From the human T2T-CHM13v2.0 reference genome, Homo sapiens, in assembly GCF_009914755.1 (NCBI RefSeq), contig NC_060928.1: 64,000 bases of DNA; one strand, written 5' to 3'. The notes beneath the pieces are model-generated. The model was given only the letters and a program-made list of their open reading frames with translations, was not told the DNA's origin and searched no databases. A program made the position numbers and the translations under genes. Positions within the stretch are counted from its first letter, which is position 1. Each line of letters opens with the position of its first letter. Below, piece by piece: positions 28,430 to 43,249 of this stretch.

Positions 28430-30610
28430 TCATATTTCATGTACAGTATATAATATATAGTTTGGATACTTTGGTATATTATGTACTGTATATAATACAT
28501 ACTTTGAGTACTTTGATATTTTATGTACAGCATATAATACATACTTTGCGTACTTTGATATTTTATGTCCAGTATAGAATATATAGTTTTGGTAGTTTGA
28601 TATTTTATGTACAGTATATAGTTTGAGTACTTTCACATTTTATGTACAGTTTATTATAAATGTTTGGGTGTTTTCATATTTTATGTACTGTATATAATAC
28701 ATACATTGGGCACTTTGATATATTATGTACAGTATATCATACATACTTTGGGTACTCTGATATTTTATGTACAGTATATAATACACACTTTGGGTACTTT
28801 GATATTTTATGTACAGGATATAATGCATACTTTGGGTACTTTGATAGTTTATGTACAGTATATAATACATACTTTGGGTACTTTGATATTCTATGTATAG
28901 TATAAAATATACAGTTTGGGTACTTTGATATTTTATGTACAGTATGTAAAACATACTTTGGGGAGTTTGATATTTTATGTACAGTATGTAAAACATACTT
29001 TGGGGAGTTTGATATTTTATGAACAGTATATAATACACATTTTGTGTACTTTGATATTTTATGTACAGTATATAATACATACTTTGGGTACTTTGATATT
29101 TTATGTACAGTATATAATACATACTTTGGGTACTTTGATATTTTATGTACAGTATACAATATATAGTTTGAGTACTTTGATATTTTATGTACTGTATAAA
29201 ATATATAGTTTTGGTACTTTGATATTTTATGTACAGTATATAGTTTGAGTACTTTGATATTTTATGTACAGTTTGTTATAAATATTTGGGTGCTTTCATA
29301 TTTTATGTACTGTATATAATACATGCTTTAGGCACTTTGATATTTTATGTACAGTATATAATACATACTTTGGGTACTCTGATATTTTATGTACAGTGTA
29401 TAATACATACTTTGGGTACTTTGATATTTTATGTACAGTATATAATGCATACATTGGGTACTTTGATATATTATGTACAGTATATAATACTTACTTGGGG
29501 TACTTTGATATTTTATGTACAGTATATAATACATAGCTTGTGTACTTTGATATTTTATGTACAGTATATAATACATACTATTGGTACTTTGATATTTTAT
29601 GTACAGTATACAATATATTGTTTGAGTACTTTGATATTTTATGTCCAGTATAAAATATATAGATTTCGTACTTTGATATTTTATGTACAGAATATAGTTT
29701 GAATACTTTGATATTTTATGTACACTTTATTATAAAAGTTTGGGTACTTTCATATTTTACGTACAGTATGTAATACATACTTTGGGCACTTTGATGTTTT
29801 ATGCACAGTATATAATACATACTTTGGGTACTTTTATATTTTATGTACAGTATATAATACATAGTTTGGGTACTTTGATATTTAATATACAGTATAAAAT
29901 GCACACTTTGCGTACTTTGATATTTTATGTAAAGTATGTAATACATACTTTGGGTAGTTTGATATTTTATGTACAGTATGTAATACACACTTTGGGTACT
30001 TTGATATTTTATGTACAGTATGTAAAACATACTTTGGGTAGTTTGATATTTTATGATCAGTATATAATACACATTTTGGGTACTTTGATATTTTATGTAC
30101 AGTGTATAATACATACGTTGGGTACTTTGATATTTTATGTACAGGATATAATGCATACTTTGGGTACTTTGATAGTTTATGTACAGTATATAATACTTAC
30201 TTTGAGTACTTTGATATTTTATATATAGTATAAAATATATAGTTTGGGTAGTTTGATATTTTAAGTATAGTATATGATACATACTTTGGGTACTTAGATA
30301 TTTTATCTACAGTGTATAATAAATACTATGGGTACTTTGATATATTATGTACAATAGATAATACATACTTTGGGTACTTTGATATTTTATGTACAGTATA
30401 TAATACATACTTTGGGTACTTTGATATTTTATGTACAGTATATAATACATACATTGGGTGCTTTCATATTTCATGTACACTTTATAATATATAGTTTGGG
30501 TACTTTGGTATATTATGTACTGTATATAATACATACTTTGAGTATTTTGATATTTTATGTACAGTATATAATACATACTTTGGGTACTTTGATATTTTAT
30601 GTACAGTATA
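28430..30610. repeat. Dispersed intra-array duplication, related copy at about 54634-56814
   Basis: Constant offset of 26,204 for ORFs 28640/54844, 28916/55120, 29286/55490, 29716/55920 and 30307/56511. Shared rare variants CATGCTTTAGGCAC, TTAAGTATAGTATATGATAC and ACAATAGATAA. Edges approximate. Confidence 0.8.
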
Positions 30611-33600
30611 CAATATATACTTTGCATATTTTGATATTTTATGTCCAGTATAGAATATATAGTTTTGGTAGTTTGATATTTTATGTAGAGTATATAGTTT
30701 GAGTACTTTCACATTTTATGTACAGTTTATTATAAATGTTTGGGTGTTTTCATATTTTATGTACTGTATATAATACATACTTTGGGCACATTGATATTTT
30801 ATGTACAGTATATAATACATACTTTGGGTACTCTGATATTTTATGTACAGTATATAATACATAATTTGGGTAGTTTGATATTTTATGTACAGTATATAAT
30901 ACATACTTTGAGTGCTTTGATATATTATGTACAGTATATAATACATACTTTGTGTACTTTGATATTTTATGTACAGTATACAATATATACTTTGACTACT
31001 TTGATATTTTATGTCCAGTATAGAATACATAGTTTTGGTAGTTTGATATTTTATGTACAGTATATAGTTTGAGTACATTGATATTTTATGTACACTTTAT
31101 TATAAATGTTTGGATACTTTCATATTTTATGTACAGTATATAATACATACTTTGGGCACTTTGATATTTTATGTACAGTATACAATACATACTTTGGGTA
31201 CTTTGATATTTTATGTACAGTATATAATACATAATTTGGGTACTTTGATATTTTATGTACAGTATATAATGCATACTTTGGGTACTTTGATGTTTTATGT
31301 ACAGTATATAATACATACTTAGGGTACTTTGACATTTTATGTGCAGTATATAATACATACTTTGGGAACTTTGATATTTTATGTACAGTATGTAGAACAT
31401 ACTTTGGGTACTTTGATATTTTATGTACAGGATATAATGCATACTTTGGGTACTTTGATAGTTTATGTACAGTATATAATACATACTTTGGGTACTTTGA
31501 TATTTTATGTATAGTATAAAATATATAGTTTGGGTAGTTTGATATTTTATGTACAGTATGTAAAACATACTTTGGGGAGTTTGATATTTTATGTACAGTA
31601 TGTAAAACATACTTTGGGGAGTTTGATATTTTATGAACAGTATATAATACACGTTTTGTGTATTTTGATATTTTATGTACAGTATATAATACATACTTTG
31701 GGTACTTTGATATTTTATGTACAGTATATATTACATACTTTGGGTACTTTGATATTTTATGTACAGTATACAATATATAGTTTGAGTACTTTGATATTTT
31801 ATGTACAGTATATAATACATACTTTGGGTACTCTGATATTTTATGTACAGTGTATAATACATACTTTGGGTACTTTGATATTTTATGTACAGTATATAAT
31901 ACATACATTGGGTACTTTGATATATTATGTACAGTATATAATACTTACTTGGGGTACTTTGATATTTTATGTACAGTATATAATACATAGTTTGTGTACT
32001 TTGATATTTTATGTACAGTATATAATACATACTTTGGGTACTTTGATATTTTATGTACAGTATATAATACATACTTTGGGTATCTTGACATTTTATGTAC
32101 AGTATATAATGCATACTTTGTGTACTTTGATATTTTATGTACAGTATATAATGCATACTTTGGGTACTTTGATATTTTATGTACAGTATGTAATACATAC
32201 TTTGGGTACTTTGATATTTTATGTATAGTATATAATACATACTTTGTGTAGTTTGATATTTTATGTACAGTATACAATATATAGTTTGAGTACTTTGTTA
32301 TTTTATGTCCAGTATAAAATATATAGTTTTCGTAATTGATATTTTATGTACAGAATATAGTTTGAGTACTTTGATATTTTATGTACACTTTATTATAAAT
32401 GTTTGGGTACTTTCATATTTTATGTACAGTATATAATACATACATTGGTCTCTTTGATGTTTTATGTACAGTATATAATACATACTTTGGGTTCTTTGAT
32501 ATTTTATGTACAGAATATAATGCATAGTATTAGGTACTTTTATATTTTATGTACAGTATATAATACATACTTTGGGTACTTTGATATTTTATGTACAGTA
32601 TATAATACATAATTTGGGAACTTTGATATTTTATGTATGGTATGTAATACATAATTTGGGTACTTTGATATTTTATGTACAGTATATAATACATACTATT
32701 GGTACTTTGATATTTTATGTACAGTATACAATATATAGTTTGAGTACTTTGATATTTTATGTCCAGTATAAAATATATAGATTTCATACTTTGATATTTT
32801 ATTTACTGAATGTAGTTTGAGTACTTTGATATTTTATGTACACTTTATTATAAAAGTTTGGGTACTTTCATATTTTACGTACAGTATATAATACATACTT
32901 TGGGCACTTTGATGTTTTATGTACAGTATATAATACATACTTTGGGTTCTTTGATATTTTATGTACAGCATATAATACATAATTTGGGGACTTTTATATT
33001 TTATATACTTTATATTATACATACTTTGGGTACTTTTATATTTTATGTACGGTATATAATACATACTTTGGGTACTTTGATATATTATGTACAGTATATA
33101 ATACATACTTTGGGTACTTTGATATATTATGTACAGTATATAATACATACAAAGGGTACTTTGACATTTTATGTACAGTACATAATACATACTTTGGGTA
33201 CTTTGATATTTTATGTACAGTATATAATGCATACTTTGGATACTTTGATATTTTATGTACAGTATATAATACATACTTTGGGTACTTTGATATTTTATGT
33301 ACAGTATGTAATACATAATTTGGGTAATTGAATATTTTATGTGTAGTATATAATACATAATTTGGGTACTTTGATATTTTATGGACAGTGTATAATACAT
33401 ACTTTGGGTACTCTGATATTTTATGTACAGTGTATAATATATAGTTTGGGTACTTTGATATTTTATATACAGTATATAATACATACTTTGGGTACTTTGA
33501 TATTTTATGTACAGTATATAATACATACCTTGGGTACTTTGATATTTTATGTATAGTATATAATACATAATTTGGGTACTTTGATATTTTATGCACAGTA

Positions 33601-34083
33601 TACAATATATAGTTTGAGTACTTTGATATTTTATGTACTGTATAAAGTATATAGTTTTGGTACTTTGATATTTTATGTACAGTATATAGTTTGAGTACTT
33701 TGATATTTTATGTACAGTTTGTTAAAAATGTTTGGGTGATTTCATATTTTATGTACAGTATATAATACATACTTTGGGCACTTTGATATCTTATGTACAG
33801 TATATAATACATACTTTGGGTACTTTTATATTTTATGTACAGTATATAATATATAGTTTGAGTACTTTGATATTTTATGTACTGTATAAAATATATAGTT
33901 TTCGTAATTTGATATTTTATGTACAGTATATAGTTTGAGTACTTTGATATTTTATGTACAGTTTTTTATAAATGTTTGGGTGCTTTCATATTTTATGTAC
34001 AGTATATAATACATACAAAGGGCAGTTTGATATTTTATGTCCAGTATATAATACATACTTTGGGTACTTTGATATTTTATGTA

Positions 34084-35690
34084 CAGTATATAGTTTGAGT
34101 ACTTTGATATTTAATGTTCAGTTTATTATAAATGTTTGGGTGCTTTCATATTTTATATACAGTATATAATACATACTTTGGGCACTTTGATATTTTCTGT
34201 ACAGTATATAATACATACTTTGGGTACTTTGATATTTTATGTACGGTATATAATACATACATTGGGTACTTTGATATTTTATGTAAAGTATATAATATAT
34301 AGTTTGGTTACTTTGATATTTTATATACAGTATAAAATATATATTATGTGTACTTTGATATATTATGTACAGTATATAATATATAGTATGGGTTGTTTGA
34401 TATTTTATGTACAGTATATAATATATAGTTTGGGTAGTTTGATATTTTTAGTACAATATGTAAAATATAGTTTGTTTTATTTGATATTTTATGTACAGTA
34501 TACAATATATAGTATTGGTACTTTGATATTTCATGTAAAGTATATAGTTTGAGTACTTTGATATTTTATATGCAGTTTATTATAAATGTTTGGGTACCTT
34601 CATATTTTATGTACAGTATATAATACATACTTTGGGAACTTTTATTTTATGTGCAGTATATAATACATACTTTGGGTACTTTGATATTTCATGTACAGTA
34701 TATAATACACACTTTGGGTACTTTGATATTTTATGTACAGTATATAATACACACTTTGGGTACTTTGATATTTTATGTACAGTATATAATACATACTTTG
34801 GGTACTTTGATGTATTATGTACAGTATATAATACATACTTTGGGTACTTTGATATTTTATGTACAGTATATAATACATACTTTGGGTACTTTGATATTTT
34901 ATGTACAGTATGTAATACACACTTTGGGTACTTTGATATTTTATGTACAGTATGTAAAACATACTTTGGGTAGTTTGATATATTATGTACAGTATATAAT
35001 ACATACTTTGGGTACTCTGATATTTTATGTACAGTGTATAATACATACTTTGGGTACTTTGATATTTTATGTACAGTATATAATACATACATTGGGTACT
35101 TTGATATATTATGTACAGTATATAATACTTACTTGGGGTATCTTGATATTTTATGTACAGTATATAATGCATACTTTGGGTACTTTGATATTTTATGTAC
35201 AGTATATAATGCATACTTTGAGTACTTTGATATTTTATGTACAGTATGTAATACATACTTTGGGTACTTTGATATTTTATGTATAGTATATAATACATAC
35301 TTTGTGTAGTTTGATATTTTATGTACAGTATACAATATATAGTTTGAGTACTTTGATATTTTATGTCCAGTATAAAATATATAGTTTTCCTAATTGATAT
35401 TTTATGTACAGAATATAGTTTGAGTACTTTGATATTTTATGTACACTTTATTATAAATGTTTGGGTACTTTCATATTTTATGTACAGTATATAATACATA
35501 CTTTGGTCTCTTTGATGTTTTATGTACAGTATATAATACATACTTTGGGTTCTTTGATATTTTATGTGCAGAATATAATGCATAGTTTTAGGTACTTTTA
35601 TATTTTATGTACAGTATATAATACATACTTTGGGTACTTTGATATTTTATGTACAGTATATAATACATACTTTGGGTACTTTGATATTTT
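34084..35690. repeat. Dispersed intra-array duplication, near-identical copy at about 42162-43768
   Basis: Constant offset of 8,078 for ORFs 34136/42214, 34590/42668, 34651/42729 and 35461/43539. The 211-aa and 218-aa translations read as identical. Confidence 0.85.
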
Positions 35691-38600
35691 ATGTACAGTA
35701 TATAATACATATTATTGGTACTTTGATATTTTATGTCCAGTATAGAATATATAGTTTTGGTAGTTTGATATTTTATGTACAGTATATAGTTTGAGTACAT
35801 TGATATTTTATGTACACTTTATTATAAATGTTTGGATACTTTCATATTTTATGTACAGTATATAATACATACTTTGGGCACTTTGATATTTTATGTACAG
35901 TATACAATACATACTTTGGGTACTTTTTTTATTTTATGTACAGTATATAATACATAATTTGGGTACTTTGATATTTTATTTACAGTATATAATGCATACT
36001 TTGGGTACTTTGATGTTTTATGTACAGTATATAATACATACTTAGGGTACTTTGACATTTTATGTGCAGTACATAATACATACTTTGGATGCTTTGTTAT
36101 TTTAAATACAGTATGTAATACATATTTTGGGTACTTTGATATTTTATGTACAGTATATAATACATACTTTGGTACTTTTATATTTCATGTACAGTATATA
36201 ATATATAGTTTGGGTACTTTGATATTTTATGTACAGTATATAATACATAGTTTGGGTATTTTGATATTTTATGTACAGTATATAATACATACTTTGGGTA
36301 CTTTGATATTTTATGTACAGTATATAATATATAGTTTGGGTACTTTGATAATTTATGTGCAGTATATAACACATACTTTCGGTAGTTGGATATTTTATGT
36401 ACAGTATATAATACATACTTTGGGTACTTCGATATTTGATGTACAGTATACTATATATAGTTTGGGTACTTTGATATTTTATGTCGGGTACAAAATAAAT
36501 AGTTTTGGTACTTAGATATTTTATGTACAGTATATAGTTTGAGTACTTTGATATTTTATGTACAGTTTATTATTAATGGGTGCTTTCATATTTTATGTAC
36601 AGTATATAATACATACTATGGGCACTTTGATATTTTATGTAGAGTATATAATACATAATTTGGGTACTTTGATATTTTATATACACTACATAATACATAC
36701 TTTGGGTACTTTGATATTTTATGTACAGTACATAATATATAGTTTGGGTACTTTGATATTGTATGTGCAGTATATAACACATACTTTCGGTACTTGGATA
36801 TTTTATGTACAGTATATAATACATAATTTGGGTACTTCCATATTTTATGTACAGTATGCTATATATACTTTGGGTACTTTGATATTTTATGTCCAGTAAA
36901 AAATAAAAAGTTTTGGTAATTCGATATTTTATGTACAGTGTATCGTTTGAGTACTTTGATATTTAATGTGCAGTTTATTATAAATGTTCGGGTGCTTTCA
37001 TATTTTATGTACAGTATATAATACATACTTTGAGCACTTTGATATTTTATGTACAGTATATAATACATACTTTGGGTAATTTGATATTTTATGTACAGTA
37101 TATAATACATACATTGGGTACTTTGATATTTTATGTACAGTATATAATATATAGTTAGGGTACTTTGATATTTTATATACAGTATATAATATATATTATG
37201 TGTACTTTGATATATTATGTACAGTATATAATATATAGTTTGGGTAATTTGATATTTTATGTACAGTATACAATATATAGTATTGGTACTTTGATATTTC
37301 ATGTAAAGTATATAGTTTGAGTACTTTGATATTTTATATACAGTTTATTATAAATGTTTGGGTACCTTCCTATTTTATGTAGAGTATATAATACATACTT
37401 TGGGAACTTTTATTTTATGTGCAGTATATAATACATACTTTGGGTACTTTGATATTTTATGTACAGTATATAATACATACTATTGGTACTTTGATATTTT
37501 ATGTACAGTATACAATATATAGTTTGAGTACTTTGATATTTTATGTCCAGTATAAAATATATAGATTTCATACTTTGATATTTTATGTACTGAATGTAGT
37601 TTGAGTACTTTGATATTTTATGTACACTTTATTATAAAAGTTTGGGTACTTTCATATTTTACGTACAGTATATAATACATACTTTGGGCACTTTGATGTT
37701 TTATGTACAGTATATAATACATACTTTGGGTTCTTTGATATTTTATGTACAGCATATAATACATAATTTGGGGACTTTTATATTTTATGTACATTATATT
37801 ATACATACTTTGGGTACTTTTATATTTTATGTACGGTATATAATACACACTTTGGGTACTTTGATATATTATGTACAGTATATAATACATACTTTGGGTA
37901 CTTTGATATATTATGTACAGTATATAATACATACTAAGGGTACTTTGACATTTTATGTACAGTACATAATACATACTTTGGGTACTTTGATATTTTATGT
38001 ACAGTATATAATGCATACTTTGGATACTTTGATATTTTATGTACAGTATATAATACATACTTTGGGTACTTTTATATTTTATGTACAGTGTATAATATAT
38101 AGTTTGGGTACTTTGATATTTTATGTACGGTATATAATACATACTTTGGGTACTTTGATATTTTATGTACAGTATATAATACATACTTTGTGTACTCTGA
38201 TATTTTATGTACAGTATACAATATATAGTTTGAATACTTTGATATTTTATGTACTGTATAAAATATATAGTGTTCGTACTTTGATATTTTATGTACAATA
38301 TATAGTTTGAGTACTTTGATATTTTATGTACAGTTTTTTATAAATGTTTGGGTGCTTTCAAATTTTATGTACAGTATATAATACATACAAAGGGCACTTT
38401 GATATTTTATGTACGGTATATAATACATACTTTGGGTACTCTGATATTTTATATACAGTGTATAATACATACTTTGGGTACTTTGATATTTTATGTACAA
38501 TATATAATACATACGTTGGCAACTTTGATATATTATGTACAGTATATAATACATACTTTGGGTACTTTGATATTTTATCTACAGTATACAACACATAGTT

Positions 38601-38739
38601 TGTGTACTTTGATATTTTAGGTACAGTATATAATACATACTTTGGGTACTTTGATATTTTATGTACAGTATATAATACATACATTGGGTACTTTCATATT
38701 TTATGTACAGTATATAATATATAGTTTGGTTACTTTGAT

Positions 38740-40600
38740 ATTTTATCTACAGCTTATAATACATACTTTGGATACTTTGATACTTTATGTACAGTATATA
38801 ATACATAATTTGGGTACTTTGTTATTTTATGTACAGTATACAATATATAGTTTGAGTACTTTGATATTTTATGTGCAGTATAAAATATATAGTTTTGGTA
38901 CTTTCATATTTTATGTACAGTATATAGTTTGAGTACTTTGATATTTTATGTACAGTTTTTTATAAATGTTTGGGTGCTTTCATATTTTATGTACAGTATA
39001 TAATACATACTAAGGGCACTTTGATATTTTATGTACAGTATATAATACATACCTTGGGTACTTTGATATTTTATGTACAGTATATAATACATAGTTTGGG
39101 TATTTTGATATTTTATGTACAGTATATAATACATACTTTGGGTACTTTGATATTTTATGTACAGTATATAATACATACTTTGGGAACTTTGATATTTTAT
39201 GTACAGTATGTAGAACATACTTTGGGTACTTTGATATTTTATGTACAGGATATAATGCATACTTTGGGTACTTTGATAGTTTATGTACAGTCTATAATAC
39301 ATACTTTGGGTACTTTGATATTTTATGTATAGTATAAAATATATAGTTTGCGTACTTTGATATTTTATGTACAGTATGTAAAACATACTTTGGGGAGTTT
39401 GATATTTTATGTACAGTATGTAAAACATACTTTGGGGAGTTTGATATTTTATGAACAGTATATAATACACATTTTGTGTACTTTGATATTTTATGTAAAG
39501 TATATAATACATACTTTGGGTACTTTGATATTTTATGTACAGTATATATTACATACTTTGGGTACTTTGATATTTTATGTACAGTATACAATATATAGTT
39601 TGAGTACTTTGATATTTTATGTACTGTATAAAATATATAGTTTTGGTACTTTGATATTTTATGTACAGTATATAGTTTGAGTACTTTGATATTTTATGTA
39701 CAGTTTGTTATAAATATTTTGGTGCTTTCATATTTTATGTACTGTATATAATACATGCTTTGGGCACTTTGATATTTTATGTACAGTATATAATACATAC
39801 TTTGGGTACTCTGATATTTTATGTACAGTGTATAATACATACTTTGGGTACTTTGATATTTTATGTACAGTATATAATACATACATTGGGTACTTTTATA
39901 TATTATGTACAGTATATAATACTTACTTGGGGTACTTTGATATTTTATGTACAGTATATAATACATAGTTTGTGTACTTTGATATTTTATGTACAGTATG
40001 TAGTACACACTTTGGGTACTTTGATATTTTATGTACAGTATATAATACATACTTTGGGTATCTTGATATTTTATGTACAGTATATAATGCATACTTTGCG
40101 TCCTTTGATATTTTATGTACAGTATATAATGCATACTTTGGGTACTTTGATATTTCATGTACAGTATGCAATACATACTTTGGGTACTTTGATATTTTAT
40201 GTATAGTATATAATACATACTTTGTGTAGTTTGATATTTTATGTACAGTATACAATATATAGTTTGAGTACTTTGTTATTTTATGTGCAGTATAAAATAT
40301 ATAGTTTTCGTAATTGATATTTTATGTACACAATATAGTTTGAGTACTTTGATATTTTATGTACACTTTATTATAAATGTTTGGGTACTTTCATATTTTA
40401 TGTACAGTATATAATACATACTTTGGTCTCTTTGATGTTTTATGTACAGTATATAATACATACTTTGGGTTCTTTGATATTTTATGTACAGAATATAATG
40501 CATAGTTTTAGGTACTTTTATATTTTATGTACAGTATATAATACATACTTTGGGTACTTTGATATTTTATGTACAGTATATAATACATACTTTGGGAACT
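38740..40600. repeat. Dispersed intra-array duplication, related copy at about 45016-46876
   Basis: Constant offset of 6,276 for ORFs 38946/45222, 39348/45624, 39694/45970 and 40381/46657. Shared rare variants TTGCGTCCTTTG and AAATATTTTGGTGC. Confidence 0.82.
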
Positions 40601-43249
40601 TTGATATTTTATGTACAGTATGTAATACATACTTTGGGTACTTTGATATTTTATGTACAGTATATAATACATACTATTGGTACTTTGATATTTTATGTAC
40701 AGTATACAATATATAGTTTGAGTACTTTGATATTTTATGTCCAGTATAAAATACATAGATTTCATACTTTGATATTTTATGTACAGAATATAGTTTGAGT
40801 ACTTTGATATTTTATGTACACTTTATCATAAAAGTTTGGGTACTTTCATATTTTACGTACAGTATATAATACATACTTTGGGCACTTTGATGTTTTATGT
40901 ACAGTATATAATACATACTTTGGGTTCTTTGATATGTTATGTACAGCATATAGTATATAATTTGGGGACTTTTATATTTTATGTACATTATATAATACAT
41001 ACTTTGGGTACTTTTATATTTTATGTACGGTATATAATACATACTTTGGGTACTTTGATATATTATGTACAGTATATAATACATACTTTGGGTACTTTGA
41101 TATATTATGTACAGTATATAATACATACTTAGGGTACTTTGACATTTTATGTACAGTACATAATACATACTTTGGGTACTTTGATATTTTATGTACAGCA
41201 TATAATACATACTTTGGGTACTTTGATATTTTATGTACAGTATATAATACATGTTTTGGGTACTTTTACATTTTATGTACAGTATATAATATATAGTTTG
41301 GGTACTTTGATATTTTATGAATGGTATATAATACATAATTTGGGTACTTTGATATTTTATGTACAGTATATAATACATACTTTGGGTACTTTGATAATTT
41401 ATGTACAGTATATAATACATACTTTGGGTACTTTGATATTTAATATACAGTATATAATACACACTTTGCGTACTTTGATATTTTATGTAAAGTATGTAAT
41501 ACATACTTTGGGTACTTTGATATTTTATGTACAGTATGTAATACACGCTTTGGGTACTTTGATATTTTATGTAGAGTATGTAAAACATACATTGGGTAGT
41601 TTGTTATTTTATGATCAGTATATAATACATACTTTGGGTACTTTGATATTTTATGTACAGTATATAATGCATAATTTGGGTACTTCAATAGTTTATGCAC
41701 AGTATATAATACATACTTTGGGTAATTTGATATTTTATGTACAGTATATAATGCATACTTTGGGTACTTTGATAGTTTATGTACAGTATACAATACATAC
41801 TTTGGGTACTTTGATATTTTATGTACAGTATATAATACATAGTTTGGTTACTTTGATATTTTTTGTACAGTATGTAAAACATACTTTGGGGAGTTTGATA
41901 TTTTATGAACAGTATATAATACACATTTTGGGTACTTTGATATTTTATGTACGGTATATAATACATACTTTGGGTACTTTGATATTTTATGTACAGTATA
42001 TAATTCATACTTTGTGTACTTTGATATTTTATGTACAGTATATAATACATACATTGGGTACTTCGATATTTTATGTGCAGTACCCTATATATAGTTTGGG
42101 TACTTTGATATTTTATGTCCAGTATAAAATAAATAGTTTTGGTACTTTGATATTTTATGTACAGTATATAGTTTGAGTACTTTGATATTTAATGTTCAGT
42201 TTATTATAAATGTTTGGGTGCTTTCATATTTTATATACAGTATATAATACATACTTTGGGCACTTTGATATTTTCTGTACAGTATATAATACATACTTTG
42301 GGTACTTTGATATTTTATGTACGGTATATAATACATACATTGGGTACTTTGATATTTTATGTACAGTATATAATATATAGTTTGGTTACTTTGATATTTT
42401 ATAGACAGTATATAATATATATTATGTGTACTTTGATATATTATGTACAGTATATAATATATAGTATGGGTTGTTTGATATTTTATGTACAGTATATAAT
42501 ATATAGTTTGGGTAGTTTGATATTTTTAGTACAGTATGTAATATATTGTTTGTTTTATTTGATATTTTATGTACAGTATACAATATATAGTATTGGTACT
42601 TTGATATTTCATGTAAAGTATATAGTTTGAGTACTTTGATATTTTATATGCAGTTTATTATAAATGTTTGGGTACCTTCATAATTTATGTACAGTATATA
42701 ATACATACTTTGGGAACTTTTATTTTATGTGCAGTATATAATACATACTTTGGGTACTTTGATATTTCATGTACAGTATATAATACACACTTTGGGTACT
42801 TTGATATTTTATGTACAGTATATAATACACACTTTGGGTACTTTGATATTTTATGTACAGTATATAATACATACTTTGGGTACTTTGATGTATTATGTAC
42901 AGTATATAATACATACTTTGGGTACTTTGATATTTTATGTACAGTATATAATACATACTTTGGGTACTTTGATATTTTATGTACAGTATGTAATACACAC
43001 TTTGGGTACTTTGATATTTTATGTACAGTATGTAAAACATACTTTGGGTAGTTTGATATATTATGTACAGTATATAATACATACTTTGGGTACTCTGATA
43101 TTTTATGTACAGTGTATAATACATACTTTGGGTACTTTGATATTTTATGTACAGTATATAATACATACATTGGGTACTTTGATATATTATGTACAGTATA
43201 TAATACTTACTTGGGGTATCTTGATATTTTATGTACAGTATATAATGCA

